Assembly (NCBI GenBank): GCA_951406725.2
Contig: OX597820.1
Location: 65,038,001 to 65,102,000 of the forward strand
Source: Octopus vulgaris
Lineage: Eukaryota
Direction: 5' to 3'
Length of the DNA: 64,000 nucleotides
Positions 27,142 through 41,623 of the stretch are shown here, piece by piece (within the stretch, counting starts at the first letter, position 1; each line of letters begins with the position of its first letter). The notes below the pieces were generated by a model, which saw only the letters and a list, made by a program, of their open reading frames with translations, was not told the DNA's origin and ran no database searches. Both the position numbers and the translations under genes were made by a program.

Positions 27142-27142
<1 letters not shown>
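25918..27142 (-). mobile_element. Full-length mariner (DD34D, irritans-like) with disrupted transposase
   Basis: ~37-bp TIRs cg(c/a)ggggcgttcaataagtaatgcccctgacccactt with TA TSD. Fragments MEPVECRAVI, VSARWISR, TQDKTWVHHY and LLQDNAPVH. The YSPDL segment is deleted and the frame is shifted. Confidence 0.93.
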
Positions 27143-27183
<41 letters not shown>

Positions 27184-27759
27184 GTGTGTGTGAATATACG
27201 AATGGACGTATGCATATTTATTATGGGAAATGAAAAATAGAGAAGTGATGGAGCGTTAGCTGGAGTTAAGGTAAAATGAATGAATGTCAATGAGTGTTAG
27301 TGGGAGGAGGAAATATATTGTTGGAGAAAAATGATAAATTGGTAAGAGAATTGTCGTTTGAGTAAAATATGTAGAATTATTGCATAAGAAATGTGGAGTC
27401 GTTGTAGAAAGATAAATAAGGGAAAAAAAGAGTGAAAGAAACTTGAAGATTAGATAGAGAAATGACAAGACGTTGAGAGATGAAGATCATAGCAGAGAAG
27501 AGGTGGATTAAGTGAGAGTGTAGAGGGAAGTGAGGGGAGAATGAAAGGGTAAAAGTAGTATTGTTTAGGTGAAAGGGAGCTGATTAAAGAAAAACACAGT
27601 GTGGGACCGTGGGGATAAATGATTTTCGAAAGAACCTCGCACTTCCTCAATAGGAAATGCGTAGGAAATACAAGGATCATGAGAATAGAAAGTGAGAATA
27701 AAGCAAGTGAGTAATTTGAAAGAAGAGGAGGATGAGTGAGAGAGAGAGAGACGGAAGGA

Positions 27760-27820
27760 TAGATAGATAGATTGATAGATAGATATATAGATAGATAGAT
27801 AGATAGATAGATAGACAGAC

Positions 27821-27883
<63 letters not shown>

Positions 27884-27940
27884 GAGAGAGATAGATAGAT
27901 AGAGAGATAGATAGAGAGATAGATAGATAGACAGAAAGAC

Positions 27941-28017
<77 letters not shown>
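27760..28017. repeat. (GATA)n microsatellite
   Basis: Direct reading; a neighbouring (GAAA)n tract lies at ~28360-28525. Confidence 0.95.
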
Positions 28018-28018
<1 letters not shown>

Positions 28019-28372
28019 AGTGCGTGTGTGTGTGTGAATGTGTGTAAGATTAAGAAAGCCAGAAAGATATAGAGGGGAAAGAGAAATAATGATACGTGAG
28101 AAGAGAGAGTAAAACAACGCAGTAGATTTAATAACAGGGAGAGAGAGTGGGTGTGAGAGAGTGGGTGTGAGAGAGACGTGTTCACTCAAACAGGGAGAAT
28201 GAGGGAGACAAAGATAGATAAAGGAAGACAGAAAGAGAGACGGTGGGATAAAGAGAAAATGCGAGTGCGAAAGTGCGATGAGGGGAAAGAAACTGTCATT
28301 TAAAAAGGGTAATGCTTCGAGTGGACGAGATATATACTGAATGAGAGAGTATGAAAAGGAAGGAAAGAAAGT

Positions 28373-28404
<32 letters not shown>

Positions 28405-28487
28405 ACGAAAGAAAGAAAGAGAGAAAGAAAGAAAGAGCGAAAGAAAAGCGAAAGAAAGAAAGAAAGAACGAAAGAAAGAAAGAGCGA

Positions 28488-28519
<32 letters not shown>

Positions 28520-29446
28520 AAAAAGTGAGAGATAGGGAGAAAGGTTTGTGTAAAGGAGAGGCAGCTGGAGTGCAATGGGGAGCAGGAAGAGATGTGCAAT
28601 AAGATTCAAAGTTATAGCAGGTCAAGCCATCATTCATCTATCGGTGTCAGGGTTATAAAGATAAGAAAACAAGATGGCGATAAAAACAGCCCCAGTTGTC
28701 ATGTAAGGTCCCTATCTACTGTACCAACACACTGCACACCAAGGCTTCACGTTGCTGCTTTCTATCCATTGAGTTAATGATGTTGAAATCACTTCCGCCG
28801 TAATGGCGTGCGCTTGCAGTTTTTCTTCTGCAGTTATCCTATCGTGTGTGCATCATATATGAACGCATGATCGTACTAACAGTCAAAATAAATACGCCTT
28901 AACGTACATAAACACATTATATGTGTGTTTATATATACATACACACATATACACACGCACATATATATACGAACATACATAAGTTCCTATGTATGTATTA
29001 TCGCATGCGTTTACGTTTATGAAGGTAAGTAAAGTATTGGATTCGTGATTGATTAGGGCATGGGTTCGGTTCTTTCACTGAGTGGTGCGTTCTATTTTTA
29101 AGCCATTTCTCTTTGCACCCGTATACTCAACTGACATAAGTACAACCTGAATGCTGGAATACCCCTCTTTTCCTCACTCTGACTTAAGTATTGACATAGC
29201 ACCCGAGTGGATTGAGTGGATAAATTGTGAAACTTGTGAATAACTTCACATACGTATGTCTGATAACAGGCATTCTGCCTTCTTGTGTATAAAGATTCTG
29301 CTGGTAAAAACTCATATGCTATATCTCAAGAAGCGGAGAACAATTCAAATAACTTCAAATTCTTAGTTCTGTCCTGGAGACGTCTTTTCAGATTCTCCTG
29401 CACCTAGATGTTGTTCATTACAAATACCATTTGTAATAAGTATCTA

Positions 29447-29996
29447 TTGGGTGCCGATTTTTAAAGGAAAGAAGAAGGTCAATGAATACTTGTCATTGAA
29501 TTTTTAATCAACCAAATATGAACCATTTTGTGACACAATGCGTCTCCATCTTTCCTTTAACTTAAAAATACCCTCTTCCAAGAATTGAGATGGTTTCATG
29601 GCAAAGAATTCATCATGGTATCTTTTTACATCATCCAAGGAATTGAAATTTTTAACATTAAGACTATTCTGCAGTGACCTGAATAAGTGGAAATCCCAAG
29701 GAGCAATATCTGGTGAATATGGAGGGTGAGGTAAGACATCCCAGCCAAGCTGCAGCAATTTTTGTTTGGTTCCCAAAACATCAAGTGCCGAAAATGAACT
29801 TTCTTATCTTCCATTTTAAAGGGTTACAAAATTAATACAGATGATAGGAACATAAACCTTCTTCCACGAAAAGATAGCTTAAATTGTGCTCTAAATGGAG
29901 GTGTAGTTAAATCCTATTTTCTGGACTCAACCATGTTCTAAAATAAGTCTAAATGTAAGCCACTATAAATCGGCACCAACTTTCCGGACAACCTAA
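29447..29996 (-). mobile_element. Internally deleted mariner (mellifera-like)
   Basis: N-terminus MEDKKVHFRHLM is fused to the C-terminus HPPYSPDIAPWDFHLFRSLQN. TIR ttaggttgtccggaaagttggtgccgattt, partly deleted at the left end; TA flanks. Confidence 0.88.
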
Positions 29997-31204
29997 TATT
30001 TTACTCATTTGAAGTTTAACGCATACTTATAAAATAGGACAACTAATTTTTGTTTTTGTTTTTTTCTTTTGTAAGAACACAATTATGGACATTTGATGAG
30101 ACATAAACAACTAACCTAAACTTCCATATAGACAGCTATGAAATATTTTGTTACCACCATTTTGGAGCCGCTGATAAGCGCCGCTTATTTGGCGCTGACT
30201 TATGTCACATCAGACGTTTTAATGTTTATCTCATTCACCCTTTCTTAATCTTTCTCTTACTTTCTCTTTCACACTATCTTTCACTCTTTCTGTTTTTATG
30301 CCCTCTCTCCCCCTGTTTATGTCTGTGACCATACTTCTCTCAATGTGTATGAAGAATCGGTGTTTATATCAACTGTGTTCAATAAATGAATTATATTATT
30401 CCTCTCTTTTCCCCCACTTTCTCACTTCATCTGCTAATGCGTATCTCTAAGCGTGCAGCGTGTTCTAATTTAGTTGGTACATAATATTCAATTCAGAATT
30501 TCGTTTCTATATTATGCAGTTTAAGTCCTATGCTGCTACTCAGTACCTTCAAAGACTTCTCATGCTGATACAAGTCTACATAAACTTAGGGAAGGAGAAT
30601 AAATTAACTAGAGCTCTGATGAAGTCCATGTTATAATCTGCTCCTGCGTTTGTCTAGCGGATTTAATTTGTTACTCTGGCTTAATACTTAAAGACCATCT
30701 AGCGTACAGTTTGTTGCAAGCATTTGGACAATATGCCTGGTTTGAGGATAACTTTCCCGTCACCGCTGGATGTTCTGCAAAATAAAAGACTTGGAGACCG
30801 AAAGGATATAAAATTTGAGTGAACGGGCTGGTTGATGTCATCGAATTCAGTATTAGACTGGAACTTATTTTATCGACGCCGAAAGACTGAAAGACAAAAT
30901 TAATCTCCATAAGCACTTGAACTAAGAAAGTAAAGAGATTAGACATTCAGCTAAACTTTCTGCCCTGCGTTCTAACGATCCTACTTCCCCACCACCTTAA
31001 AAATGATAACAATCCTCCCGACTATAGTCGATTAGTCGGCCCCACTGTTTCACCAGTACTTAGTTTATCGAATCGACCCCGAAAGGATGTTAGGCAAAGT
31101 CGACCTCGGTGGAGTTTGAACTCAGAATGTGAAAAAAAAACGAAATATCGCTAAGCATTTCGCCCGGCGTCCTAACGATTCTGCCAGCTGCCGCCATCTA
31201 AATA

Positions 31205-31249
31205 GTAATGATAATGATGAGGATGAGGATGATGATGATGATGATGATG

Positions 31250-31297
<48 letters not shown>

Positions 31298-31372
31298 GTA
31301 ATGATAATAATAATAATGACAATAATAATGATGATGATGATGATGAAGACAATAATAATAATAATAATAATA

Positions 31373-31417
<45 letters not shown>

Positions 31418-31495
31418 ATAATAATGATGATGATGATGATGATGATGAAGAAAATGACAATGATAATGATAATGACTATGATAATGATAATAATC
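31205..31495. repeat. (GAT)/(AAT)/(TAT) compound microsatellite following a family B SINE (31020-31195, -)
   Basis: Direct reading. Confidence 0.9.
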
Positions 31496-32392
31496 CTTGA
31501 TGTATTCACTGCGGATCCAACTGGGAGAAATAATACATTCTACGATCAATAGAAGCCTCGACAGGAATCATATCGTGAGAGTTTCGAGAATGTAGCTCAA
31601 CAAGACGTTCAACGAAATACATGTGTTTCACCGCTTTATCTGTTATCGTATCGTTAACAACATCAATCAACTGTAACTCGAGCAAGTACATTTACCGATA
31701 GTCTGATAAATAGCCCGTGAGTTTGTGTGTACGCATCTTAATTGAAAAATTTTTCTATTTTATCATCAACGAGGCTGACTTTATCTCAGCAGATCTCTGT
31801 TGGTTTCGGCACTAACAACGCTGATGAAGACGTTCCCCTCGTTCTCATCAGCATCATTTTCTTAGAGCCACCACCAACATCGCCATTACCATAATCATCA
31901 TCTTCGTCGTCGTCGTCGTCGTCGTCACCACGATCATCATCATTATCATCATTTTCGTCGTTGTCATCATCATCATCATCATCATCATCATACAAAACCA
32001 GTTTGAAAATCCCCCGCCATTGTAATGAGATTATGAAACGCTTAATGAAATAGGGAAATGTTTCTTCTCCAACATCAAGATAGAAGACAACAGCGATTGA
32101 ATCATTCCTCATACAATAAATCAAAACGCTTTATGTTTCAGAGGAGCGGGTTTAGTAATAACGTTTGTGGTCGATACGGAATGTGGCCTCCAGAACGAAA
32201 TAACACAAGGCCTCTATCATGAAGACATAAGGATGTTTCCTAGGCAAACGCACTTAACACATAATTTTTCTACTCTTTCAGCTGTAAGAAATACATCTCG
32301 GCGCTGTATTTAGATCGTAAAAAATTACAATTTAAGTCTAGTCGCCTGGAATTTTGGTGGAAGGAAAATTGGTCTCATTTTATTGTTTTATT

Positions 32393-32589
32393 CTTTTACG
32401 CTTTTACTTGTTTCAATCATTTAACTGCGGCCATGCTGAAGCATCGCCTTTAGACGAACAAATTGACCCCAAGACAAGTACTTATTCTATCGGTCGCTTT
32501 TACCGAACCGCTAGGTTACGAGGACGTAAGCATGCCAGCATTGATTTTCAAATGACGTTGAGGATAGAAATACAGACACACACATCCAT

Positions 32590-32647
<58 letters not shown>

Positions 32648-32801
32648 ATGTATATGTATATGTATATACGACGGGCTTCTTTCAGTTTCCGTCAACCAAA
32701 TTCACCTTTGGTCGGCCCGAGGCTATAGCAGAAGACACTTGCTAAAAGTGCCACGCAATGGGACTAAATCCAGGACCATGCGGCTGGGAAGCAAGCTTCT
32801 T
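32393..32801 (-). mobile_element. SINE family A, interrupted (5' end continues at 34791-34829)
   Basis: The consensus ...gcaagcttctt|accacacagccactcctgcgcct is split by a 2-kb insertion. Confidence 0.85.
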
Positions 32802-34790
32802 TATTTCATTATATTTGACATAAAGGCATAATACAGATGGAAGCTTGCGGGCTGGACACAGACACAATGATAATAAAATGAAAAAAAAAAAGAGATGGTT
32901 GGTGGGGAAAGCAAACAACACCCGCCGATTGTTACTTCTCGATAACATTGTTCTGTTTATAAACACACAAATGAGGTATTGAACCTCTTACAAGAGTTAC
33001 AAATTGAGGCACTGAGTCTCTTACCAATCAAATCTCAGAAAAGTTCAGCAAATATATTCAATCGTTCTTCCAAATTGAGGCACTAAGACCTCTTACTCTA
33101 CCTTTCCGACTACGTTTCTTGCTGCCTGCAGGCAATCCTGCAGTCCCAAGTAGGGGCCCCATCAGTGAAAATTGTATTCGTCTTCGGTAAAGGAGTTTAT
33201 CGCCCTGCATAAATCCTTTTCCGCCATGACCTCCGCAGTGACCTGTGGAGGCCAAACCGGGCTTTCAGTGCAGGACGGGACCTCCTCTTCCTGACCTTCC
33301 AGATTCCTCACAAAGTTCTCTACGGCCCTTCCCTCAAGAAAGAAAATCACAAATTCCTCATTTATTATATTGGGAGGGGTCACAGTTTCCTCCGTCAGTG
33401 GCACAATTCCCACCGATGAGATTTCAGGACATGCCGGCAGAGTACTGCTAACCGCCGCACCGTCTCGTTCTTTTTCTTCTTATTTGCTCATCTTTGATAC
33501 GAGAGGGTGTAGTTCCTCTGCTTTAACCAGAGGATCATACCGCCCTCCCGCAACTTTGGAGTCCTACGGTGGGCAACCATTGTTGCACGCTTCTTCCTTT
33601 TACCCCCTTTTTTCGGGGAGGTTTCCACCTCCTTGACTACCTCCATCCCTCCCTCCCAAGGAGCAGGAAGGAGCTCTTCCTCGACTAACTGTTCCAGGAC
33701 CCTACTCTGGTCCTGGGGACAGTTCTTTTTTAATGTGGCCTGGTTCTAGGCAGAGGTGACACTTGGGGGGAGGCGTCCCTCAAGTATCACTGGGTACTTG
33801 CAACCGGCCATTTTCAAAAGATCTGGGCAGACCAGATTCTTAGCTAATTGGGTCCACAGGGTCAAAACAGCTTTTGACCCAACACAATCAGCCGCCGGCA
33901 ATATTCTAACATTAAGCAGCTTAGATCCGCTTGCACCCAGATCCCCGGCGGATAGTGTACTCTATCCACTCGGGTTCTATCCCAGATGGCAATCAGTAGA
34001 CCCAAGCTCTTGTCAACTTCTTTCCACAATATGTGGGAAGAAACAAAATCTCTTTGCCCTCTAAGGGATGGCTCACAAATTTGCGAGCCTCCTCGGGGGT
34101 GTCAAATAGCAACCACACCGTTTCATATTTGACCCCCTGGAGATAAAATTTACATTTGGGCAAATACTCTGCCAACTCTTTTTCAATGTGTATTTTTTTA
34201 AAGAGGGCGATGGTGTAGAGCGACTTTGAGTAAATCTTTAGCACCACCGTCCTCTCTTCAAAGTCTTTCATCTACTGTTTGTGTGAGACAATCTCCCACT
34301 CCAAAGTAGTGTTGTTCATCTTTTTTCCCATATTTTGGGGGAAAAAAGTTCACAGAACAAAAGTTCAATGAGTTAAAAAAAAATGCAGGAAGGAAGGAAG
34401 AAGACAAGAAACAGTTCAAAAACACAGCAAGCTATTCTTCTGGCTGTCCTGGTACTCCTAGCCAACTCGGTAATCCACTTGGTAATCTAGGGAACAAAAC
34501 AGTCACACAACAATTTCACCAAAAAATGAGTAAAAAATTAGCATAATGTTCTCAATAATAGGAGGAGGTATACGCCCCCAAAACACACTTCTCACCGCTA
34601 AATGAGACTTCTACGCACAATTACAGGCAGACAATCTGCCCGGAACTCAGATTTCTTGTTCGACAAAATAAACACGAGTAACGAACCCCCACTGAATTTT
34701 AAAAAATTGTTCAATAATTCACGACGTTGGTCCACGGCGTCGTGACTCCTAGCAGTGCAAAAAAAACACACACTGACCAACGCATGCCGA
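32802..34790 (-). mobile_element. ORF1-only non-autonomous retroelement (HAL1-like / L1-Tx1 type) with 16-bp TSD
   Basis: TSD gggaagcaagcttctt (32786-32801) / ggaaagcaagtttctt (34791-34806). The disrupted ORF spans about 34331 to 33058 and contains PVILEGR..KCHLCLEPGHIKK(N)CP, a CX2CX4HX4C knuckle with a 1-nt slip. No RT. AATAAA at the 3' end. Confidence 0.75.
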
Positions 34791-35509
34791 GGAAAGCAAG
34801 TTTCTTACCATACAGCCACTCCTGCGCCTAATAAAAGCTTCGAATATTTCTCGCCGTTATTAAGCGCAAACTGAAATGAAGTTCAAGCATGTCGAAATTG
34901 TTTAGATTTTTATATTGTAGACTATGGTGAAGCTATGAAGCAGTCACCAGTGTAAATTCACTTATAATAAACATTTTCTATATTTCTACCTGCTATAAAT
35001 AGATACCAAAGTTTTGAGAGCATAGCACAGATTATAACACGGCAAAACTAGGCAGAGTGAAATAAACTATGTTCCTGTTTATGAGCTTCGATAATGTGAT
35101 GCAAGCCTTTAACGGATGGGGGAATCTAGTTTTAAAATTTCCCAGCTTTCACAAGTGTGAATAGGTATCATATGTTGAGAAGTAGAACTTAGCACTATAA
35201 ATTAAACAAAATTACTTCGGTAAAATGACGAGTATATATTCCCTATCCTCACAATGCAACAACCCAAATTTGCCAACTAGTAAGGCATATAACCGGAAGA
35301 TTTGGTTCAATATATTAGAAATATATAAAGCAGAGGCTGCAATAGGTGACATTAGAAAAACAAAAAGACGGTTTTGTTATATTTCGGAAGAAGGTGAAAC
35401 GAAGACTTCATAAATAAGATAAATCAAACCAAATGAGAACAAAGTTAAAATATAGAAATGATAAGCATTATTATAGGGGACGAATCAACCAAGCAACAAA
35501 CGTATTCTA

Positions 35510-35905
35510 GATGAGAGGAAGTTCAACAAGTACAGGAGCCTCACCGGTCACTGTTTGTAGCGGTTGCTATCAAGACGTCAGGTATTCTTGGACCCCGCAC
35601 AGCTGATTTCGCATGCAAGATATGGATAACAGCGGCCCGTCTGAGAAATGAACCCCTCGAGGGGGAGTTCTAGATATTCTTCGTGGCAGACACGGTTGAA
35701 CATGACATTTGGTCTGAGGTGTACAACCTCTTACGCCACCCCAATTCATCTTTTGCTGCTTAATTTCTCCTCTGTTCTTTTTCTTTTTTTTTGTGAGGTA
35801 GTTCTGGTTTTTTATTTGTTTGTTTTTTTATCGATAATTTGAACTTTTATACTTTTAATGTGTTCGTTTTTGCTTTCTTCCTGTAAAAATATGTAGCTAA
35901 ATAAA
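35510..35905 (+). mobile_element. CRE-like non-LTR retrotransposon 3' end (restriction-like endonuclease fossil)
   Basis: ERKFNKYRSL.../FVAVAIKTSGILGPRTADF...NEPLE.../LDILRG resembles the RLE C-terminus KxxKY...FVPVAIETSGxxGP. It is followed by a T-rich UTR and AATAAA. Confidence 0.65.
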
Positions 35906-36019
35906 ACTTTTGATTCTTGATAATTGAAAGCTGTTGAAGTATTTGAGGAATATGTGGTAAGAAATTCCAACTTGTTCTTAACTGCCTAAAGCATATAACA
36001 GGAAATGAACGACATCATG

Positions 36020-36500
36020 ACAAAAATGCTAGAATCTTCCGAAAAATGGTTGCTGCCACTTAAAACTTGTATGGCACAAATCACTTAATCTATTTAGTGA
36101 TCTGATTATTTTTATTAAAAAGGAATCAGAAGTGGAGACAATCAAAAATCTACACCCAGAGGAATTTATACTCGAGTGAATTTTCCCGAAATTTTTGATA
36201 AATATCCTATGAATATGTACCACCAAATCGACGAGTTTATTAACAAGAAAGTCAATAAACAATAAATCATCAGTAAGTATCTTTGATGAAAATGCTTATT
36301 GAGAAGAACAACATTGTTTTAAGTATTTATATGACAAACCAAATACTGAAGTGTTGCTAACTGTGTTCATAACGGCAACGATGGCGAATAATGAGGCTTC
36401 TATGAAAGGTAATATATTTGTAAATGGCACTTTAGTTTACGCTTATGTAAACAGCAACAAGGTTTCACTGTTGTTAGATTTATACGGAGAGTACTAGCAT
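36020..36500 (+). pseudogene. Possible BEL/Pao gag-protease fossil
   Basis: LENLPK... and FSDLIIFIKKESEV resemble BEL gag, with decayed knuckle- and protease-like pieces downstream. Very degenerate. Confidence 0.3.
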
Positions 36501-38210
36501 TTAAAGAATTCAGTACTTTAAAATATTTCTACAATTTTCATATGGAAACAGGCAAAACAGCATCAGGTAAAACTCGAACATAACCTATAGCCAAAAACTC
36601 ATCAAATCAGACGGTGTTCTCTATCCATTATGATTCCACTATGAAAGCTCTAGTCCACAGTACATTTGTGTATTATCTGAAACAATATACCTAGGTTCAT
36701 CAGCTGTATGCTGTGTAGCTATAAAACGTTGTCGCTGTTGCAGCTAATAAACTTATTAGATTTTCCTTTCTAGATATTTCGTCCCTGAAATGCATATATT
36801 AATTTATGTATTGCATTCATATCTCATACGTGTTCTTCACATAATTTTAAATGGTATTCATTGAAATATGTTTATATAGGAATAAAATGGCTAAGTATAA
36901 CAATTTATCTTTGAACGCAGATAGATGTTCCTTCTGCTTTATATATTTATTTTAAACTCTTCTCTGGAAAGTCTCATTACGATGTTTTAAAATAGACAAA
37001 GAAATGTGTAGTACAATTCAAACACTCAATCCATTGGAACAGAGAAAAGCATCAAACGATAGCAATACCAATTATAAAAGCAATACAACTCAAGATAATG
37101 AAACTGGTCAAGAATAACCAAAGTATGGTAAAACCGACATGGGTCTACAATGGAATATCACTAATCATGTATAATCCTTAAGTATAAATACATTATAATA
37201 TAATACAACATACGATAAATATGGTCCCCAATGATAAATACATTATATAACAGGAATAATTGAACAACAACGACATGAATTTTACCAGGTTGTAAAGGTC
37301 TGCAAATATCGCTAAGAGTTCAGTTGTTTTGTATATGCTTTGTGCTATTCCTCTTATATTTGCTATAAAACGGTAGCGTGTATAAAATGGAAGTGCTTGG
37401 TAGGAAATATTACATACATATTTTATATACTATGCATTGTAGCCATAACACACATATGTTATATACTACGCATAGTAGAGTAGTTAATGCGCTGGTCTCT
37501 GTTATGCTCATAAAGTTGTGGGTTCAGTTGCTTCACTGGTGGATGCGTTTTGTTCTTAGGCAAGGCAGTATATTTCCAGTTGATACAGTCTGTTAGGCTG
37601 AAATTGGGTAGCAGCTCAGTACTGATGCATCCTTTCCTCCCTATTGCTGTCACATCCCAGATGTGCCATCGGGTCATACGAAGGAAGGCCGAAGGACTGA
37701 GGTGTCTACATTAGACCACGTAGGTATTTAAAACATTCGGCGAAAGCATATCATATCAATTGCAACCAAGTCGAAACTCGCTTGCAAGTATGGCTATACT
37801 TTATTATATAATAAAACAGAACCCGATGGTCAGGTGATCAGTATTACTTAACATGCACATCTAATCGTTGCAGAAATTAATTTTTATTCACTTGAATAGG
37901 GCTCCTTGTATTAAAGAAACCTATTTGACTCCATCTTTACTTGCATATTTTATTTTATTTTTACTTTATTTATTTGTCTCAGTCATAGGAATGCTAAATT
38001 GTCATCCGTATTTCTGTTTGTTTCGGATTTTGCTGCCGAACTGCTAGGCTACGGACGTCATGATCAAACTAACACCGACTGTCAAGCGGTGTAGAAGAAT
38101 AAAAGACAAGCACAAAGACACACATATGTACGTACATAAATACACACACACACAGACACACACACTAACACACACATGCACACACACACACACACACACG
38201 CACATATATA

Positions 38211-38521
38211 TATAAAGCAATAAGAAAATGGAGGGGATTAATAGGTGGTATTCATCAACTTTTAGACATTATATTAGGTCAATCTATTTATTTACTAAAA
38301 TGGCAATTACAACAATATACATACATGTATTACATATTATGCTTTATATAAATTATAAAGATACCAGAAATTAATATTATATATGCAAAGCATAATATGT
38401 TATACATGTATGTATATTGTTGTAATTGTCCTTTTAGTAAATGAATAAATTGACCTGATATAATGTAAAAAAGTTGATGAATACCACCTATTGTCCCCCT
38501 CCATTTTCTTATTGCTCTATA
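38211..38521. repeat. ~135-bp inverted repeat inside the microsatellite of a family A SINE
   Basis: 38211-38345 versus 38387-38521, reverse complement with several mismatches. SINE tail at ~37960-38120 and head at ~38805-38970. Confidence 0.85.
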
Positions 38522-38739
38522 AATTAATGGTAAAATAACTCTTTACCCTAACCCATTTAGTACACTCGATAAAGTAATTGCAATGCAATAAAAAAAAATC
38601 GCTTGTGTATTAATAATTGGGTATTCTATCAGTGGTGTATTGGATAGATATTATCCCTTAGTTGGTTGGATTCACAACCTCTAACTGTAACCTCGGACCC
38701 TCGGAAATACACACACGCACACACATACACACACACATG

Positions 38740-38799
<60 letters not shown>

Positions 38800-39536
38800 T
38801 GTTCGACGAACGTCCATACAGTGTCCGTCTTCTAAATTTATTCACAAAGCTTTATGCGTCCAGGGACTATAGTAAAAGATACCTGCCCAAGTTGTTGTGC
38901 AGTAGGACTGGACACGGAACCATATGGTTGCAAAGCGAGCATTATAACTACACATTCAGGCTGGCGCCTCTTGTAAACGTTTATTGTTGAACTTGAGTAA
39001 ATAAGTCCCTAAATTTTTGTTATGAGAGACTGTGGATATGACTCCCGCCTTGACTCGCAATGCTATGAGTGGTCATTATAACTTGAAGAGGCCCTGTTTC
39101 GCCAAATCAGGCAAGCCGATTTATGCATATCAAAATATAGTAACAAATTCACTAATGCTAGACTTGTTACCCTGTTATTTAAATGTCTTTATATAGATAC
39201 ATCATTTCCCAGAAAGCACGGATTTAGTTATGAAAACAAAGATAAAGCAGCGACAAAGGAAAATGTTGTAAGTATTCAGGAATGTGTAGAGAAATGACAT
39301 ATATGTATTCTTTTTACTAGATCTTTTAAATAAAAACAAGTAATAGCAAAAATCTCAAGTTGACATTTTTAAGCTTAGATCTCATAATGCGAGACATTTT
39401 TGAGCCAAATTGGTGAGAGAATATGTGTCAAGAAATAATCCTTGCTTTGCTTGTCATGTCGACGATTATTATTAGGAAGATAGAAATGACAACAACAACA
39501 ACAACAAAAATAACAATAACAATAATAATAATAATT

Positions 39537-39592
<56 letters not shown>

Positions 39593-40012
39593 GATAAGAG
39601 GAATCAGTAATATATTATGAATACTGACACGTTACAAAAGAAGAAGTGAAACAAAAACAAATGTATAAAAGGAACATTCCGGAAGAAAAAAAAATGAATA
39701 TAAACAACATAGTTTAAATTATTAACCATGAAGAGGTAGAACAAAGAATTCAGTGAAGCAAATTCAACAGGCAATTGGTTTTGTACACAAATTTAGACAG
39801 TATAAGCTAACTAAACAAACACTGTACATCATTTCTTTGACATTATTCTATTTTAGTGTGAAAGATGTTCAGTAATTCCTAGAGTATTGTTTGTCATAAG
39901 TCATGGTTTTTATTCTTGCTCTCTCTCTCTCTTACTTTCTTTTATCTCTTCGCTTATATATGTGTATGCATGTGTTTGTGATGATAGAGATGTGTGTATA
40001 TGTGAGTGTGTG

Positions 40013-40111
<99 letters not shown>

Positions 40112-41295
40112 GTATGTATTTATAACGTAATCTTACGACCAATGTATAAAGAATTATTTGAAGACTTGATAATGGAGTTTTTATCAGAATGTTAGCATAA
40201 ATGTCTAAATGTTTCAATGTTCATTTGTTTTCGGTAATAAACATGTGCGATTGCAGAACTTGATTCTTTTGTTGTCATAAAATAATTTCTATTAATATAA
40301 AGTGCGTTTCTATTATTAAAGACTTTTCTTTTTAAATATTGATAAAAAAAATAAACTATACTAAAATTTCTTTTATAAAACTATAAATGATGAATGACAT
40401 TTGTAGTCATCTGAACTTGTACAGTTTTAGGAACATTTAACATTTAAATTAAGCGTAACTTATGCCTGACTCTATATCTCTTCCGATTGGCAATATCAAC
40501 GATAGTAAAATTAATGGCGGAGAGTTGGCAGAAACAATACTTCAGCATAGTAAATAATTTACGGTGTTTAGCTACATTTTTCTGGACTCTGAGTTCAAAT
40601 CTCATTGATCTAAATATTGCCTTTCATCATTCCGGGGTCAATAAAACACAAGTTAATTGCATTCTGGCTCATTACAATATCTTATATAGAGTTTACGCAA
40701 AACTTTTGTAAAATTCCACTAGTAATTGTTTACCATTAGCCATAGAATGCTTCACTTCTTTGTTAGATATTTTAATTCAATTTTATTCTAATAATTAATA
40801 AAGTTGTAATAATCCTTTCTACTAAAGGCATAAGGTCTGAAAATTTGGGGGAAGGGACTACTCGATTACATCGACCCCGTGTTTCACTGGTACTTAATTT
40901 ATAAATTACGAAAGTATGAAAAGCAAAGTCGACCACAGTGGAATTTGAACTTAGAGCGTAGCGACGCGCGAAAGATTCTGCCAAGCTCGCCACCTTAAAG
41001 AAAGTTGTAATAATACGAAGTTAAAGCTAGAGTATATATAATGAACAAAAGTGCAAGTCAAGTTATTAAATCCGTACAATGCGTCTGAAATCAACGTACG
41101 TCAAATTTCTGTTGATGATATTTCGAATGCGACCAAATTGTTCCCCAAAATGTCGTTAAGTTACAACATTCCAATATACTTTGACAATGCTATGGAAATA
41201 ATTTCTGAAGTATACGCTGTAACATTTCTCCTTTGCTATAATATGATTTCTGCATTGACGTATGTTCTTTGTAAGGGCCAACCACTTTTTATAGG

Positions 41296-41366
<71 letters not shown>

Positions 41367-41385
41367 CACACACGCACGCATATAT

Positions 41386-41442
<57 letters not shown>

Positions 41443-41506
41443 TATATATAAGGTTAATCCAAACAAGGAAACAGAAAAGAAAAACAACGCAGAGGTGGAA
41501 CAATTA

Positions 41507-41623
<117 letters not shown>

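Noticed and set aside
27565-28609. Long ORFs of 206 and 310 aa, and similar YI/LSIY/poly-amino-acid ORFs throughout (e.g. 41051-41761, 53215-53979)
   Set aside because: They are translations of stop-free microsatellites with no domain content.
28560-28860. Promoter-like unique segment with aagatggcg (YY1-like) and cacttccg (ETS-like) motifs
   Set aside because: Short motifs only, with no TSS or conservation evidence.
30612-30660. CTGATGA-agtcc start of a hammerhead
   Set aside because: No matching stem II or GAAA downstream.
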